DNA of 38,860 nt from Desulfobaccales bacterium (GCA_050014275.1 JBEKDQ010000002.1:1-38860), one strand, 5' to 3'; positions 19,262 to 28,544 are shown, counted from the first letter of the stretch. The notes: generated from the sequence alone by a model not told the origin. Numbers and translations: made by a program.

Positions 19262-21130
19262 ATGAACATCTCCCTGCCCAGGCTTTTGCTCCTCTTTCTG
19301 CTGCTCTGGCTGCTGCCGGCCTGCGCCGAACTTCCCGACCTGCCGCCCCCCGGGCGGGCCGTGGAGAAGGTGGTTACGGACGAGTCCCTGTTCCAGGCGG
19401 CGGAGGCCGATTACCACCGCCAGGCCTACGCCCGGGCCTACCAAAGCTATGCCCAATACCTGGAGCGCTACCCCCAGGGGCCGCACGCCGCCGAGGCTCG
19501 CCTGCGGGAAGCGGAGCTGCTGGGGCTTAAGGGTGATTGGCAGGGATCGCTGGGGCTTTATCAGGGCATCCTGGCCCGGCAGCCGGAGCCCGGCGTCGCC
19601 CTGAAGGCCCGCTACGGGATTGGCCGGGCCTATTTCAAGCTGGGCCAGTATCGACAGGCATCCCAGACCCTGGACAGCCTCACCGCGGTGGGTGACCTGC
19701 CCCGCTCCCTGTGGTTCTCCACCCAGGCCCTGCTGGCGGAGATCGCCCTGAAGCAAGGCAACATTCCCGACGCCTATTCCCGATTGCGCCTGGCGGCCCA
19801 GGAGCTCCCTTCGGGTGACCATGAGTGGTTTGAGGATCTGAAGACTCGGGTGGTGGAAGCGGCCAGCCCCGAGGACCTGGAGAGACTGGCCGACCTGTAT
19901 CGGGACAGCCCCTTGAGCGCCGCCCTGGTCCTGCGCCTGGCCCGCCTCTGCCAGCAGGCCGGCAAATCCGGGGAAACCCAGAAATGGGTTAAACTTTTGC
20001 AGGAGCGCTACCCCGACAGTCCGGAAGCCAAGGCTGGCCAAGGCCTGCTGGCCGGAGCCCCTGGCGGTAAAGTTACCCTGGGGTGCCTGTTGCCCCTGAG
20101 CGGCAACCTGAGCGACATCGGTTTCCGGGTGCAGCGGGGCATGGAGCTGGCCGCCCGGCAGGCCCCGGTGGCTTTGATCTTTAAAGATACCCCAAACGAT
20201 CCCGAGACCGTCAGCCAACAGGTGCAGAAATTGGCCCAGGACCCTCAGGTGCTGGCTATCCTGGGACCCCTCAGCGCCTCGATAGCCCAACCCGCGGCAG
20301 CCGCGGCCCAGGACGCCGGGGTGCCCCTGGTGGCCCTCTCCCAGAAGGCCGACCTCACCCAGACCGGGGACCTGATCTTCCATGCCTTTCTCACCCCCCG
20401 CCAGCAAACTCAAGCCCTGGTGCGCCACTGCACGGAGAAGGGCCTGCGGCGCTTCGCCATCCTTTATCCCGATTCTGCTTACGGCCGCGCCTTCCTGCAG
20501 GCCTTCCAGGAGGAACTGGCGGCGGCGGGCCTGGAGTTGGCCGCCCAGGAGGTTTATGCCCCTGGCGCCCAGGAATTCACCCAGGCGTTGAAGAGCCTGA
20601 AGGAGGCCCTGCCCTCCCAGGCGCCGGAGAACGCGGCCGACACGGCACTCTTCATCCCGGACGACGCCGCGGCGGTTTCGGCCATCGCCTTGCAACCGGC
20701 CAAGTCACCGCTGGCGGGGGTCCAACTCCTGGGCACCAACCTGTTGCACAACTCGGAAATCACCTCGGAGCAGGCGGCCGCCCTGGAGGGGGTGTGGTTT
20801 TCCGACGCCTTCTTTGAGGGCGACCCAGATCCCGCCGTCCAGGCATTCGTGGCCGCCTATCGCCAACAATACGGCGAAGCCCCGGATTACCTGGCGGCCC
20901 AGGGTTATCTGATGGTCAGGCTCTTCGGAAGGCTGGCCCAGTCAGGCGGCCCCCTGAGCCGTGCCAATCTGGCCCCCAAACTCCAGTCCCTCAAGGCCGC
21001 CTCCGACCTGCCCTGGTTCCGGGGCTTCAACCGCCAGGGGGAAGAGGAAGCGGCCATCTACCTGCTCACTTTCCAAGGTGGCCGGGAACAGATGCTGGCG
21101 CCCCCGGCCGCCGGCCCCGCGTCGGAGTAA
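19262..21130 (+). CDS. Lipoprotein with N-terminal TPR region and C-terminal type-1 periplasmic binding (LivK/LpoA-like) domain
   Basis: Signal peptide with a lipobox-like LLPAC. TPR-like YHRQAYARAYQSYAQYLERYPQGPHAAEARL. The PBP1 start GCLLPLSGNLSDIGFRVQRGMELA is typical of Leu/Ile/Val-binding-fold proteins. Confidence 0.8.
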   Translation: MNISLPRLLLLFLLLWLLPACAELPDLPPPGRAVEKVVTDESLFQAAEADYHRQAYARAYQSYAQYLERYPQGPHAAEARLREAELLGLKGDWQGSLGLYQGILARQPEPGVALKARYGIGRAYFKLGQYRQASQTLDSLTAVGDLPRSLWFSTQALLAEIALKQGNIPDAYSRLRLAAQELPSGDHEWFEDLKTRVVEAASPEDLERLADLYRDSPLSAALVLRLARLCQQAGKSGETQKWVKLLQERYPDSPEAKAGQGLLAGAPGGKVTLGCLLPLSGNLSDIGFRVQRGMELAARQAPVALIFKDTPNDPETVSQQVQKLAQDPQVLAILGPLSASIAQPAAAAAQDAGVPLVALSQKADLTQTGDLIFHAFLTPRQQTQALVRHCTEKGLRRFAILYPDSAYGRAFLQAFQEELAAAGLELAAQEVYAPGAQEFTQALKSLKEALPSQAPENAADTALFIPDDAAAVSAIALQPAKSPLAGVQLLGTNLLHNSEITSEQAAALEGVWFSDAFFEGDPDPAVQAFVAAYRQQYGEAPDYLAAQGYLMVRLFGRLAQSGGPLSRANLAPKLQSLKAASDLPWFRGFNRQGEEEAAIYLLTFQGGREQMLAPPAAGPASE

Positions 21131-22098
21131 TGATTACCAAGGTTCCCGGATTCCAGGTGGGGCATGCCAGTGACTTTAAAAACGTCACCGGTTGCACCGT
21201 AATCCTCTGCCCCCCGGGCACGGTGGGCAGCGCCGATGTCCGGGGCTCCGCCGCGGGCACCCGCCAGATGGACACCCTGGTAAAATATCACCTGGTCACC
21301 GAGGTCCACGCCGTCCTGATCAGCGGGGGCAGCGCCTTTGGCCTGGACGCGGCCGGCGGGGTCATGGAGTACCTGGAACAGCAGGGCCGGGGCTTCGACG
21401 TCACGGTTACCAGGGTGCCCATTGTCCCCACCGCGGTGGTCTTCGACCTGTCAGTAGGCAACCACCAGGTCCGCCCGGACAAGGCCATGGGTTATGCCGC
21501 CTGTCAGGCAGCCCGGGGGGAGCCCCAGGGCGACGGCAGCCTTGGGGCCGGCACCGGGGCCACCATCGGCAAGATTCTGGGGATCAACCAGGCCACCAAA
21601 GGCGGGCTGGGCACCGCCTTCGTGGAAGGCCCCGATGGCCTGCAAGTAGGCGCCTTGGTGGTGGTCAACGCCCTGGGAGACGTGGTGAGCCCGGAAACCG
21701 GGGAAATCCTGGCCGGGGCCCGGAAATCCCCGGAGAGCCGAGAGTTCGCCGACTCCACGCGGCTACTCCGCCAAGGAGTGGTGCGCTACCGGTTCGGAGA
21801 GCCCAACACCACCATCGGGGTAGTGGCCACCAATGCCCGCTTCAACCGGGAGGAGGCCAGGAAGATCGCCCAGTTGGGGCACGACGCCCTGGCTCGCTGC
21901 ATCCGGCCGGTGCATACCATGTTCGATGGCGACATCATCTTTGCCCTGGGCCACCCCCAAGTCGACTCCGACCTGCAAATTATCGGCTTGCTGGCGGATA
22001 CCGCGCTGCAACAGGCCATCATCCGGGCGGTGAAACGCGCTGACAACTTGGGGGTCCTGCCCTCCTACCGGGACTTGCGGGGGAGGCGGGCCAGGTAG
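21130..22098 (+). CDS. Peptidase family S58 (DmpA/BapA-like aminopeptidase)
   Basis: ITKVPGFQVGHASDFKNVTGCTVILCPPGTVGSADVRGSAAGTRQMDTL.. matches the DmpA-family N-terminus. Its ATG overlaps the upstream stop (TAATG). Confidence 0.85.
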   Translation: MITKVPGFQVGHASDFKNVTGCTVILCPPGTVGSADVRGSAAGTRQMDTLVKYHLVTEVHAVLISGGSAFGLDAAGGVMEYLEQQGRGFDVTVTRVPIVPTAVVFDLSVGNHQVRPDKAMGYAACQAARGEPQGDGSLGAGTGATIGKILGINQATKGGLGTAFVEGPDGLQVGALVVVNALGDVVSPETGEILAGARKSPESREFADSTRLLRQGVVRYRFGEPNTTIGVVATNARFNREEARKIAQLGHDALARCIRPVHTMFDGDIIFALGHPQVDSDLQIIGLLADTALQQAIIRAVKRADNLGVLPSYRDLRGRRAR

Positions 22099-22191
22099 CC
22101 AGCCACGGCCAGTGCCGGGGGGTTTTTCGCCAGACCCGCTAACAGGCGCCGGCCGAAGCCACTCCAACTCCTGGTTTTATCTCTGAAAAAT

Positions 22192-22857
22192 ATGGCAGAT
22201 TTATCATTAAAGAAGATCCCGGTAGATCTCATCGTCTTCGACCTGGATGGCACCCTGGCAGACTCGGCGCCGGATCTGACCAACGCCGCCAACTACGCCT
22301 TGCGCCGCCTGGGGCTGCCGGAGCATTCCCGGGAGGCCGTCAAAGAGATGGTCGGCGGCGGCGAGCGGATGTTGATGGAGCGCCTCTTGGGCCCGGGGCG
22401 CCAGGCCCTGGTGGAAGATTGCCTGAAACTCTACCTGGACTACTACACCCGCCATTGCCGCGACCTGACCCGCCTCTATTGCGGGGTGCCGGAAACTTTG
22501 GAGAGACTCTCCGGCAAGAAACTGGCGGTGCTGTCCAACAAGCTCCAGCGGCTAACGGAGCAGATCCTGGCGGCCCTGAGGATCGCCAGCTTTCTCGACG
22601 CCAGTCGCGGCGGTGGCGCCGGACTGCCCTTGAAACCGGCGCCGGAATCCCTGCTGGCCCTGATCCGGGACCTGCAGGTGGAAGCCGGGCGGACCCTGAT
22701 GGTGGGGGATAAACCCTCGGACGTGAACTGCGCCCGGGGCGCCGGGGCTCACAGCGCCGCGGTCACCTACGGTTACGGCGACCGAGAATCGCTGGAAGCG
22801 GCCAATCCCGACTTCCTCCTGGATCACTTTGCCCAAGTGCTCGAGATCCTTGAGTGA
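22192..22857 (+). CDS. gph: HAD-superfamily hydrolase, phosphoglycolate phosphatase-like
   Basis: HAD motif I LIVFDLDGTLADS, motif III K, and motif IV MVGDKPSDV. 221 aa. Confidence 0.8.
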   Translation: MADLSLKKIPVDLIVFDLDGTLADSAPDLTNAANYALRRLGLPEHSREAVKEMVGGGERMLMERLLGPGRQALVEDCLKLYLDYYTRHCRDLTRLYCGVPETLERLSGKKLAVLSNKLQRLTEQILAALRIASFLDASRGGGAGLPLKPAPESLLALIRDLQVEAGRTLMVGDKPSDVNCARGAGAHSAAVTYGYGDRESLEAANPDFLLDHFAQVLEILE

Positions 22858-22917
22858 TTAAGGCCTGTCCCCTCCGGCCTTTCTGGACTTGCCTTTCGCC
22901 CGGCCGGGTAATTTTGT

Positions 22918-22946
22918 TTGACAGGCAGGGCCGGGAGCACTATATT
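22918..22946 (+). promoter_or_regulatory. Sigma70-type promoter for tRNA-Met
   Basis: TTGACA (22918-22923), 17-nt spacer, TATATT (22941-22946). The tRNA 5' end lies 11 nt downstream. Confidence 0.65.
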
Positions 22947-22956
22947 TTCAAATTAC

Positions 22957-23030
22957 GGCGGTGTAGCTCAGTCGGTTAGAGCATGCGGCTCATATCCGCA
23001 GTGTCCGGGGTTCGAATCCCTGCACCGCCA
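22957..23030 (+). tRNA. tRNA with CAU anticodon (elongator tRNA-Met; tRNA-Ile2/lysidine cannot be excluded)
   Basis: Hand-folded cloverleaf. Acceptor GGCGGTG/CACCGCC+A. D arm GCTC-AGTCGGTTA-GAGC. Anticodon arm TGCGG-CTCATAT-CCGCA. Variable loop GTGTC. T arm CGGGG-TTCGAAT-CCCTG. 74 nt, with no encoded CCA. Confidence 0.9.
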
Positions 23031-23067
23031 CATAATTCACCAAACTTATCTTGATGGGAGGAAGTTG

Positions 23068-23478
23068 ATGAAAAAGGTTTTGGCACTGGCAAGTGTGGGG
23101 GCGTTCCTGCTGAGCCTGACGGGCGCTTCGCTGGCTCAGGAGAAGGGGCCGACCGCGGCGACCCCGCCGGCGGCGGAGAAAGAGAAGCCCGCGACCACCG
23201 GGGCGCCTGCCGTGGAAGGGCCGGCGGCTCCCAAGAGTAAAGCGAAGCCCGCGACCACCGGGGCGCCTGCCATGGGAGGTCCGGCGGCTCCCAAGAGTGA
23301 AGGCGCCAAAGAGACCGGGGAAGGCAAAGGTAAAGCGGAGTCTGTCATGGAAGGTCCGGCGGCTCGCAAGAATGAGGCCGCCAAGGAGACCCGGAAGGAA
23401 AAGCGCAAAAGGGAAAAGTCTCACAAAAAGCCCAAAAAACCGGAAAAGCCGGCCGAGGAACATGAGTTAACTTATTAA
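23068..23478 (+). CDS. Exported low-complexity Pro/Ala/Lys-rich protein with tandem repeat
   Basis: ATG at 23068 after GGGAGGAAG. Signal peptide MKKVLALASVGAFLLSLTGASLA. Internal tandem repeat KPATTGAPAVEGPAAPKSKA / KPATTGAPAMGGPAAPKSEG. Lys-rich tail. No family recognised. Confidence 0.6.
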   Translation: MKKVLALASVGAFLLSLTGASLAQEKGPTAATPPAAEKEKPATTGAPAVEGPAAPKSKAKPATTGAPAMGGPAAPKSEGAKETGEGKGKAESVMEGPAARKNEAAKETRKEKRKREKSHKKPKKPEKPAEEHELTY

Positions 23479-23608
23479 AGGACGAAACCGACGGCTCAAT
23501 AGCCGGGAGTACCTATCTCCAGCTCCGTGCCGGAATTCGCCACGCCCGAGGGACGAATTCCGGCCGCAAATTTAGCGACTCGGGCCAGGGAAGAACCTAA
23601 GGATTACC

Positions 23609-24001
23609 ATGAAGAAGATCATCACTTTGGCCACGGCGGGGATATTTCTCCTGAGTCTGCAGGGCGCCAGGGCCCAAAGGGAGGTGGAACCGCCGGCAGT
23701 GCCCCCCATGCTGGAGGGCCAGAAGCCCCTGGCCACCCCCGAAGCCAAGGAACCGGAAGCGCCTCAACAGGGGCAGGCAGAGAAGCCCAAACCCAAGAGC
23801 AAGGCCCAGACCGCCTCTAAACCCCTGAAAAAGACCACCACGACGAGAACCACCCATAAAAAGACCACCTATACAACCAGGGCCCACAAGGCAGCCAAAA
23901 CCAAAGGCTTCAGGGCCACCACCAAGACGAAACTCCCGGCGGCCCAACCCGCCGCGCCCGCGGCTTTCCCCGGCCCACCGAATACTGAACCGGGGGCCTG
24001 A
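23609..24001 (+). CDS. Exported basic Lys/Thr/Pro-rich protein
   Basis: Signal peptide MKKIITLATAGIFLLSLQGARA. Low-complexity basic body (KKTTTTRTTHKKTTYTTRAHKAAKTK). AAGGA upstream. Confidence 0.55.
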   Translation: MKKIITLATAGIFLLSLQGARAQREVEPPAVPPMLEGQKPLATPEAKEPEAPQQGQAEKPKPKSKAQTASKPLKKTTTTRTTHKKTTYTTRAHKAAKTKGFRATTKTKLPAAQPAAPAAFPGPPNTEPGA

Positions 24002-24027
24002 AATCTCGCGATGAGAGGAAGAAGCCC

Positions 24028-24414
24028 ATGAAATTCAGAGGAACGACGCTCCTGGCAGGCCTGGCCCTGTGCTTCGCCCTGGCCACCTTAAGTTTGGCCG
24101 CAGAGAAAGGTTTTATGTGGGATGGCACCCAGTGGAAAGCCCTGGGTTCCGATCTTAAGGTGGCCTACATTAAGGGAGTGGGAAATATGGCCGATTTCGA
24201 GGTGGGGGCCGGCGCCGCCGGCCAAGCCGGCTGTGTTTCCAAGGCGTTGGTCGATGAGCTCAAGACCAAGTCCGTGGCCCAGGTGGTGCAGGAGGTGGAT
24301 AAATACTACAAGGATAACCCCGGAAAAATGAACTCTCCGGTGTTGGAAGCGATCCTTCGGGCCAGCACCAAACTATGTTCGCCGGAATCCACCGCCGCTC
24401 CACCGAAGAAATAG
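24028..24414 (+). CDS. Exported small protein, paralogue A (unknown family)
   Basis: Signal peptide MKFRGTTLLAGLALCFALATLSLA. The mature part shares KGFxWDGxQW..YIKGVGNMADFE..ELKTK(S/T)V.Q(V/I)..VDK(Y/F)Y..NPGK..VLE.IL......LC with the next gene. Confidence 0.65.
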   Translation: MKFRGTTLLAGLALCFALATLSLAAEKGFMWDGTQWKALGSDLKVAYIKGVGNMADFEVGAGAAGQAGCVSKALVDELKTKSVAQVVQEVDKYYKDNPGKMNSPVLEAILRASTKLCSPESTAAPPKK

Positions 24415-24614
24415 GCTAAAGCGCGGTCTCAGCAGCATGGTTGCCAGCTCAGTCCCAGGGCGCCCATAAATGAGCCAGGCAGAATATGCCAATCCAGGCT
24501 CACCTTGACCGGCTTGACAATCGGGAGGCGGCACTTAACTTAAAAAACAATGCCGCTGGCGGAGCCGCCAGCAGAGCAGACTATTTTTTCCCAAATCCCA
24601 GCAGAGGTGCACGC

Positions 24615-24989
24615 ATGAAATTTCGGGGAATGGTTGGTCTTCTCGCATTGGTGGTGTTTCTGGCCCTGGCCGGCGGCGGCCTCGCCCAGCAGAAGGGGTT
24701 TCTCTGGGATGGCAACCAGTGGCCCCAGTTAAGCTATGACACCAAGGTGGGCTATATCAAGGGCGTCGGCAACATGGCCGACTTTGAAGCGGAGTCCGCC
24801 AAAGGCAAAGGCAACGGCGCTCCCATTGCCCAGGCCTTGGCCAGCGAACTGAAGACCAAGACCGTGGGGCAAATCATCGAGCAGGTAGACAAATTTTACT
24901 CAGAGAATCCCGGCAAGCTGAGCACCTCGGTGCTGGAAGTGATCCTGATCCGCTGCACCAATTTATGCCCCCCGGGACTGATCAAGTAA
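24615..24989 (+). CDS. Exported small protein, paralogue B (unknown family)
   Basis: ATG at 24615 (MKFRGMVGLLALVVFLALAGGGLA) after GAGGTG. Collinear similarity to 24028..24414. The tracked ORF's 43-aa N-terminal extension has no support. Confidence 0.65.
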   Translation: MKFRGMVGLLALVVFLALAGGGLAQQKGFLWDGNQWPQLSYDTKVGYIKGVGNMADFEAESAKGKGNGAPIAQALASELKTKTVGQIIEQVDKFYSENPGKLSTSVLEVILIRCTNLCPPGLIK

Positions 24990-25246
24990 GTCATCCGGGT
25001 TTTAGTGGCTCCGGACCAGCGGCCGGCTTCCCCTGTCAACACTGCGAGAACCCGGAGGTTGGAGATAGCCACCAGCAATGCCAGAATTAGAGGATCTTGG
25101 GGATACCGGGTCAACACCACGTCCTCACCACTCCCTGGAATAGGGGTCCCGGGACGCTTTTTCCCCGGACCTCCATTTCTTAGTGGAAACTGTCCCCGTT
25201 TCGAGAGGACCAACGCCTTAATTTTTAGGTGCAGGAGAAGATGCTG

Positions 25247-25477
25247 ATGAAAAAAGGGATAGTTCTGATAGTAGTCTTGGCCCTGGCCTTGGGGGGCTGT
25301 TCCGGGATGTCTGCCACCCAGCAGCGGGTGCTAAGCGGTGGCGCCATCGGCGCCAGCAGCGGCACGATCATCGGCTGGGCGGCGGGTTCGCCCGCGGCGG
25401 GTGCGGCCATCGGCGCCGGTGCCGGGCTGCTGGGCGGCTTTCTCTATGACCAGTATGAGAAATCCCGGGGCCATTAA
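25247..25477 (+). CDS. Glycine-zipper (OsmB/YMGG-like) lipoprotein
   Basis: MKKGIVLIVVLALALGGC lipobox, followed by the Gly/Ala zipper GGAIGASSGTIIGWAAGSPAAGAAIGAGAGLLGG. AGGAG lies 9 nt upstream of ATG 25247. Alternative starts at 25241 and 25229. Confidence 0.7.
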   Translation: MKKGIVLIVVLALALGGCSGMSATQQRVLSGGAIGASSGTIIGWAAGSPAAGAAIGAGAGLLGGFLYDQYEKSRGH

Positions 25478-25620
25478 TCCAGCCTGGCTGCTCTAAGGAT
25501 AAAAAAGTTGGCAAAGATCGGGATAGAGGCTGAAAATCCGCCCCTGGCAGACCACCCCGCTATCCGGCGGCAAAATCGTGGAACCGGCGCCGTCAGGGAA
25601 GCCTCGGAAGGAGAGAAGTG

Positions 25621-25800
25621 ATGAAGAGAGCCGTTGGCCTGCTGCTGCTGGCGGTCCTGATGTCCTGGGGCTGCTCCGAAACCAATTCCCAGAGCGATGT
25701 AGTGGGCCGGGCCGCCACCTGCGCCATGTGCGGCGCCTCGGTGAGCGGCGATTATTTTTACTATGCCACCGATCGAGCCGCCGGCGCCACCGAACAATAA
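25621..25800 (+). CDS. Small putative lipoprotein (59 aa)
   Basis: Strong RBS GGAAGGAGAG upstream. MKRAVGLLLLAVLMSWGC is a lipobox-like signal. Contains CAMC. No family recognised. Confidence 0.45.
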   Translation: MKRAVGLLLLAVLMSWGCSETNSQSDVVGRAATCAMCGASVSGDYFYYATDRAAGATEQ

Positions 25801-26114
25801 GGTAATGGCTGCCAGCTCTCGGCTCTCAGCAAAGACTTGCTAATCTAGTCTCATGTCTCAGATTTTCCATTAATTTTAATCTCGGAGGGGGAAAAAATGT
25901 AGCCGCAAGATTCAATTTGCGAAAAACCTTAATAAAATGAGTGCAGGCTAAAGCCTGCGGCTACTAGAACATGTAGATATTTTTAAAGGTATTTCTGAAA
26001 CATGACACCAGCCCAAAGGCGGAGGTCCCTAGAGCCGCCTTTTATTCCCCGTATCAGCCAAGGTGGGTTGGGCGCTGACCACTCGACCTGCCAGGCACAA
26101 CCGCGGTGGCTGTT

Positions 26115-27992
26115 CTACACTTTTCCACCCCACTTTTTCAGATAAACCATCAAAATGGCCAGGGCCGCGGGGGTCACCCCGGAGATGCGGGCCGCCTGGC
26201 CCAAGGACTGGGGCCGCACCTCCTGCAGCTTTTCCTGCACCTCTGCGGATAACCCCGGCATGCCGCGGTAGTCGAAGTCTGGCGGGATGCGGCGCCCTTC
26301 CCCCTGGAGGAATTTTCTAGCCGCCTCCTCCTGGCGCCGGATGTAGCCCTCGTACTTATGTTTAATTTCCAACTGCTCCACCACTTCGGGCGGCACCGGT
26401 GGTTCTTCCCCGGCCAGGCGGTAGAGGGTGGGGAGATCCAGTTGGGGGCGCTTCACCAGGCTCAGGAGGGGCGCCGGGGCCTGCAAGGCGGCGCTGCCCC
26501 GGCCGGTCAGCTCCGCATTAACCGCTGCCGAAGGATGGAGGCGGCGGCGCGCCAGGCGGGCTTCCTCTTCGGTCAGCAGCCGCTCCTTTTCCTGGAGGCG
26601 CTCCAGGGCTTCCCGATCCACCAGACCCAGCTCATGGCCCCAGCGGGTCAGACGCTGATCGGCGTTGTCCTCCCGGAGCAGCAGGCGGTATTCCGCCCGG
26701 GAGGTGAACAACCGATATGGCTCCCGGGTGCCCCGGGTCACCAGATCGTCCACCAGCACCGCCATGTAGGCCTGGGAACGGTGCGGCAGAAAGGGCGGTC
26801 GCCCCAAGACCTGGCAGGCGGCGTTGATCCCGGCCCACAGTCCCTGGCCGGCAGCCTCTTCATAGCCCGAGGTGCCATTGATCTGCCCGGCCAGAAAGAG
26901 TCCCTGGATCAGCTTGGTCTCCAGGGTGGGTTTGAGCTGCAAGGGATCCACATAATCGTATTCGATGGCATAGGCCGGGCGCATCACCTCGGCCTCTTCC
27001 AACCCCGGGACGCTCCGGATGAGCTGCAACTGCAGCTCCAGCGGCAGGCAGTTGCCCAGGCCCTTGGCATAGATCTCCGCGGTGTCCCGTCCTTCCGGCT
27101 CCAGGGTGACCTGGTGGCTGGGTTTATCCGGGAAGCGCATTACCTTGTCTTCCAGGGACGGGCAGTAGCGGGCGCTCACCCCCCGGATGGAGCCGTTGTA
27201 TAGGGGCGAGAGGTGGATGTGGTCTCTGACCAGGCGGTGGGTTTCCGGATTGGTTTGGGTGATGAAGCAGGAGAGCTGCTCCCGGGGCCCGGCCGGGCTC
27301 CGCCAGGAGAAGGGGCGGACCCGGGGATCGCCCGGGAGCACACTCATTCCGGTAAAATCGATGCTGCCGGCCTGGAGGCGGGGCGGGGTGCCGGTCTTCA
27401 GGCGCCCCATCCGGAAGCCCAGATCCTTGAGGTGGACCGCCAGATCGGTGGCGGCGAACTCCCCGGCCCGGCCCGCCGGGATGCGGGCCTCGCCGATGTG
27501 GATCAGGCCATTCAGGAAGGTGCCGGTGGTGATCAGCACTGTCCGGGCCCGGTAAGCCAGCCCCAGGGTCTCCACCACTCCCACCACCCGGCCCTCCTCC
27601 ACCAGCAGCCGCGCCACCATGGCCTCCCGCAGATGGATGCGGGGTTCCCGCTCCAGCCGGGATTTCATGGCCAAGCGGTAGGCCTGCTTATCGCATTGGA
27701 CCCGGGTGCCCCGCACCGCCGGACCCTTGGAGAGGTTCAGGGTACGAAATTGGATGCCGGTGAGGTCCGCCAGCTCCCCCATCACCCCGCCCAGGGCATC
27801 GATCTCCTTCACCAGGTGGCCCTTGGCCAGGCCACCCACCGCCGGGTTGCAAGCCATCTGGGCCATGGTATCCAGCGACAGATTGCAAAGCAGCACCTTG
27901 AGTCCCATACGGGCCGCGGCCAGGGCCCCTTCGCAGCCGGCGTGGCCGGCCCCGATGACAATCACATCGTACTCTGTGGAATAAAAGGCCAT
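26115..27992 (-). CDS. mnmG: tRNA uridine 5-carboxymethylaminomethyl modification enzyme MnmG (GidA)
   Basis: [26 protein letters not shown] motif and full-length collinear MnmG-like sequence. 625 aa. Confidence 0.97.
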   Translation of the reverse strand: MAFYSTEYDVIVIGAGHAGCEGALAAARMGLKVLLCNLSLDTMAQMACNPAVGGLAKGHLVKEIDALGGVMGELADLTGIQFRTLNLSKGPAVRGTRVQCDKQAYRLAMKSRLEREPRIHLREAMVARLLVEEGRVVGVVETLGLAYRARTVLITTGTFLNGLIHIGEARIPAGRAGEFAATDLAVHLKDLGFRMGRLKTGTPPRLQAGSIDFTGMSVLPGDPRVRPFSWRSPAGPREQLSCFITQTNPETHRLVRDHIHLSPLYNGSIRGVSARYCPSLEDKVMRFPDKPSHQVTLEPEGRDTAEIYAKGLGNCLPLELQLQLIRSVPGLEEAEVMRPAYAIEYDYVDPLQLKPTLETKLIQGLFLAGQINGTSGYEEAAGQGLWAGINAACQVLGRPPFLPHRSQAYMAVLVDDLVTRGTREPYRLFTSRAEYRLLLREDNADQRLTRWGHELGLVDREALERLQEKERLLTEEEARLARRRLHPSAAVNAELTGRGSAALQAPAPLLSLVKRPQLDLPTLYRLAGEEPPVPPEVVEQLEIKHKYEGYIRRQEEAARKFLQGEGRRIPPDFDYRGMPGLSAEVQEKLQEVRPQSLGQAARISGVTPAALAILMVYLKKWGGKV

Positions 27993-28071
27993 GGCAGGAA
28001 ATTTCGGCCTTGAATTGCGGCCGCGAGATGTTTATGCTAAACCTTCAAGTAACTCGCCCTGGGAGGAAGTT

Positions 28072-28314
28072 ATGGTACATCCTGTTTACGGAAAAGATCC
28101 GGACAAAGAAGAACACCGCACCTATAAGACTCTCAAGCCGAAAGGGGAGATCGCCGTGGTGCAGCGTCCGGAAGGCGTTCTCAAGATAGTGGTCTACACC
28201 GGCAGCGGCGAGAAGCAGATAGAGCATACCGAGATTCTCCTCGACCAGCACAACGCCTTTGAGCTGGCCATGGAAATCCTGCAACAAGCCTACCGCCTGG
28301 GCCACGCGGAATGA
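28072..28314 (+). CDS. Hypothetical small protein (80 aa)
   Basis: ATG at 28072 preceded by GGGAGGAAG. No recognisable family. The longer tracked ORF starts inside mnmG. Confidence 0.45.
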   Translation: MVHPVYGKDPDKEEHRTYKTLKPKGEIAVVQRPEGVLKIVVYTGSGEKQIEHTEILLDQHNAFELAMEILQQAYRLGHAE

Positions 28315-28329
28315 CGGTAGCATTGGCAA

Positions 28330-28544
28330 CTCAAGTTTCGCACCCCTGAATTCAGTACACCGGCGGGACGCTAGGCTACCTGGGACTTGGTAGCTTAGGC
28401 CTCTGGCCTATGTAGTCAGTTATTAACGGAAGCATGAAAGGGGTTCCATCTTTCATCCCCTCTCCCCCGATGGTGGAAAGGGCAAGGGTGAGGGGGAATC
28501 TAATCTCTTTTCCGCTCCCATTAATACTTGGTGCGAAACTTGAG
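28330..28544. mobile_element. MITE-like element: 15-bp perfect terminal inverted repeats flanked by a 6-bp direct repeat
   Basis: CTCAAGTTTCGCACC (28330-28344) and its exact reverse complement GGTGCGAAACTTGAG (28530-28544). TGGCAA lies immediately outside both ends (28324-28329 and 28545-28550). No ORF inside. Sits between convergent genes. Confidence 0.5.

Noticed and set aside
19217-20695. 492-aa minus-strand ORF opposite the TPR/PBP1 lipoprotein gene
   Set aside because: Low-complexity G/L/Q/R-rich shadow ORF typical of the antisense strand of GC-rich genes. The plus-strand product has clear signal peptide, TPR and PBP1 features.
21192-22043. 283-aa plus-strand ORF in an alternative frame of the S58 peptidase gene, plus antisense ORFs at 21763..22167
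   Set aside because: Pro/Gly/Arg-rich off-frame products. The frame starting at 21130 matches the DmpA family.
22957-23030. Initiator tRNA-fMet assignment for the CAU tRNA
   Set aside because: Positions 1:72 form a normal G-C pair, and the anticodon stem lacks the three consecutive G-C pairs (GGG/CCC) characteristic of bacterial initiators.
22918-23067. N-terminal 50 aa of tracked ORF 22918..23478
   Set aside because: This part reads straight through the promoter and the tRNA-Met gene. The real CDS starts at ATG 23068, which has its own RBS and signal peptide.
26358-28013. Plus-strand ORFs 26358..27203 and 27213..28013 opposite mnmG
   Set aside because: Shadow ORFs of a highly conserved gene (mnmG) on the other strand.
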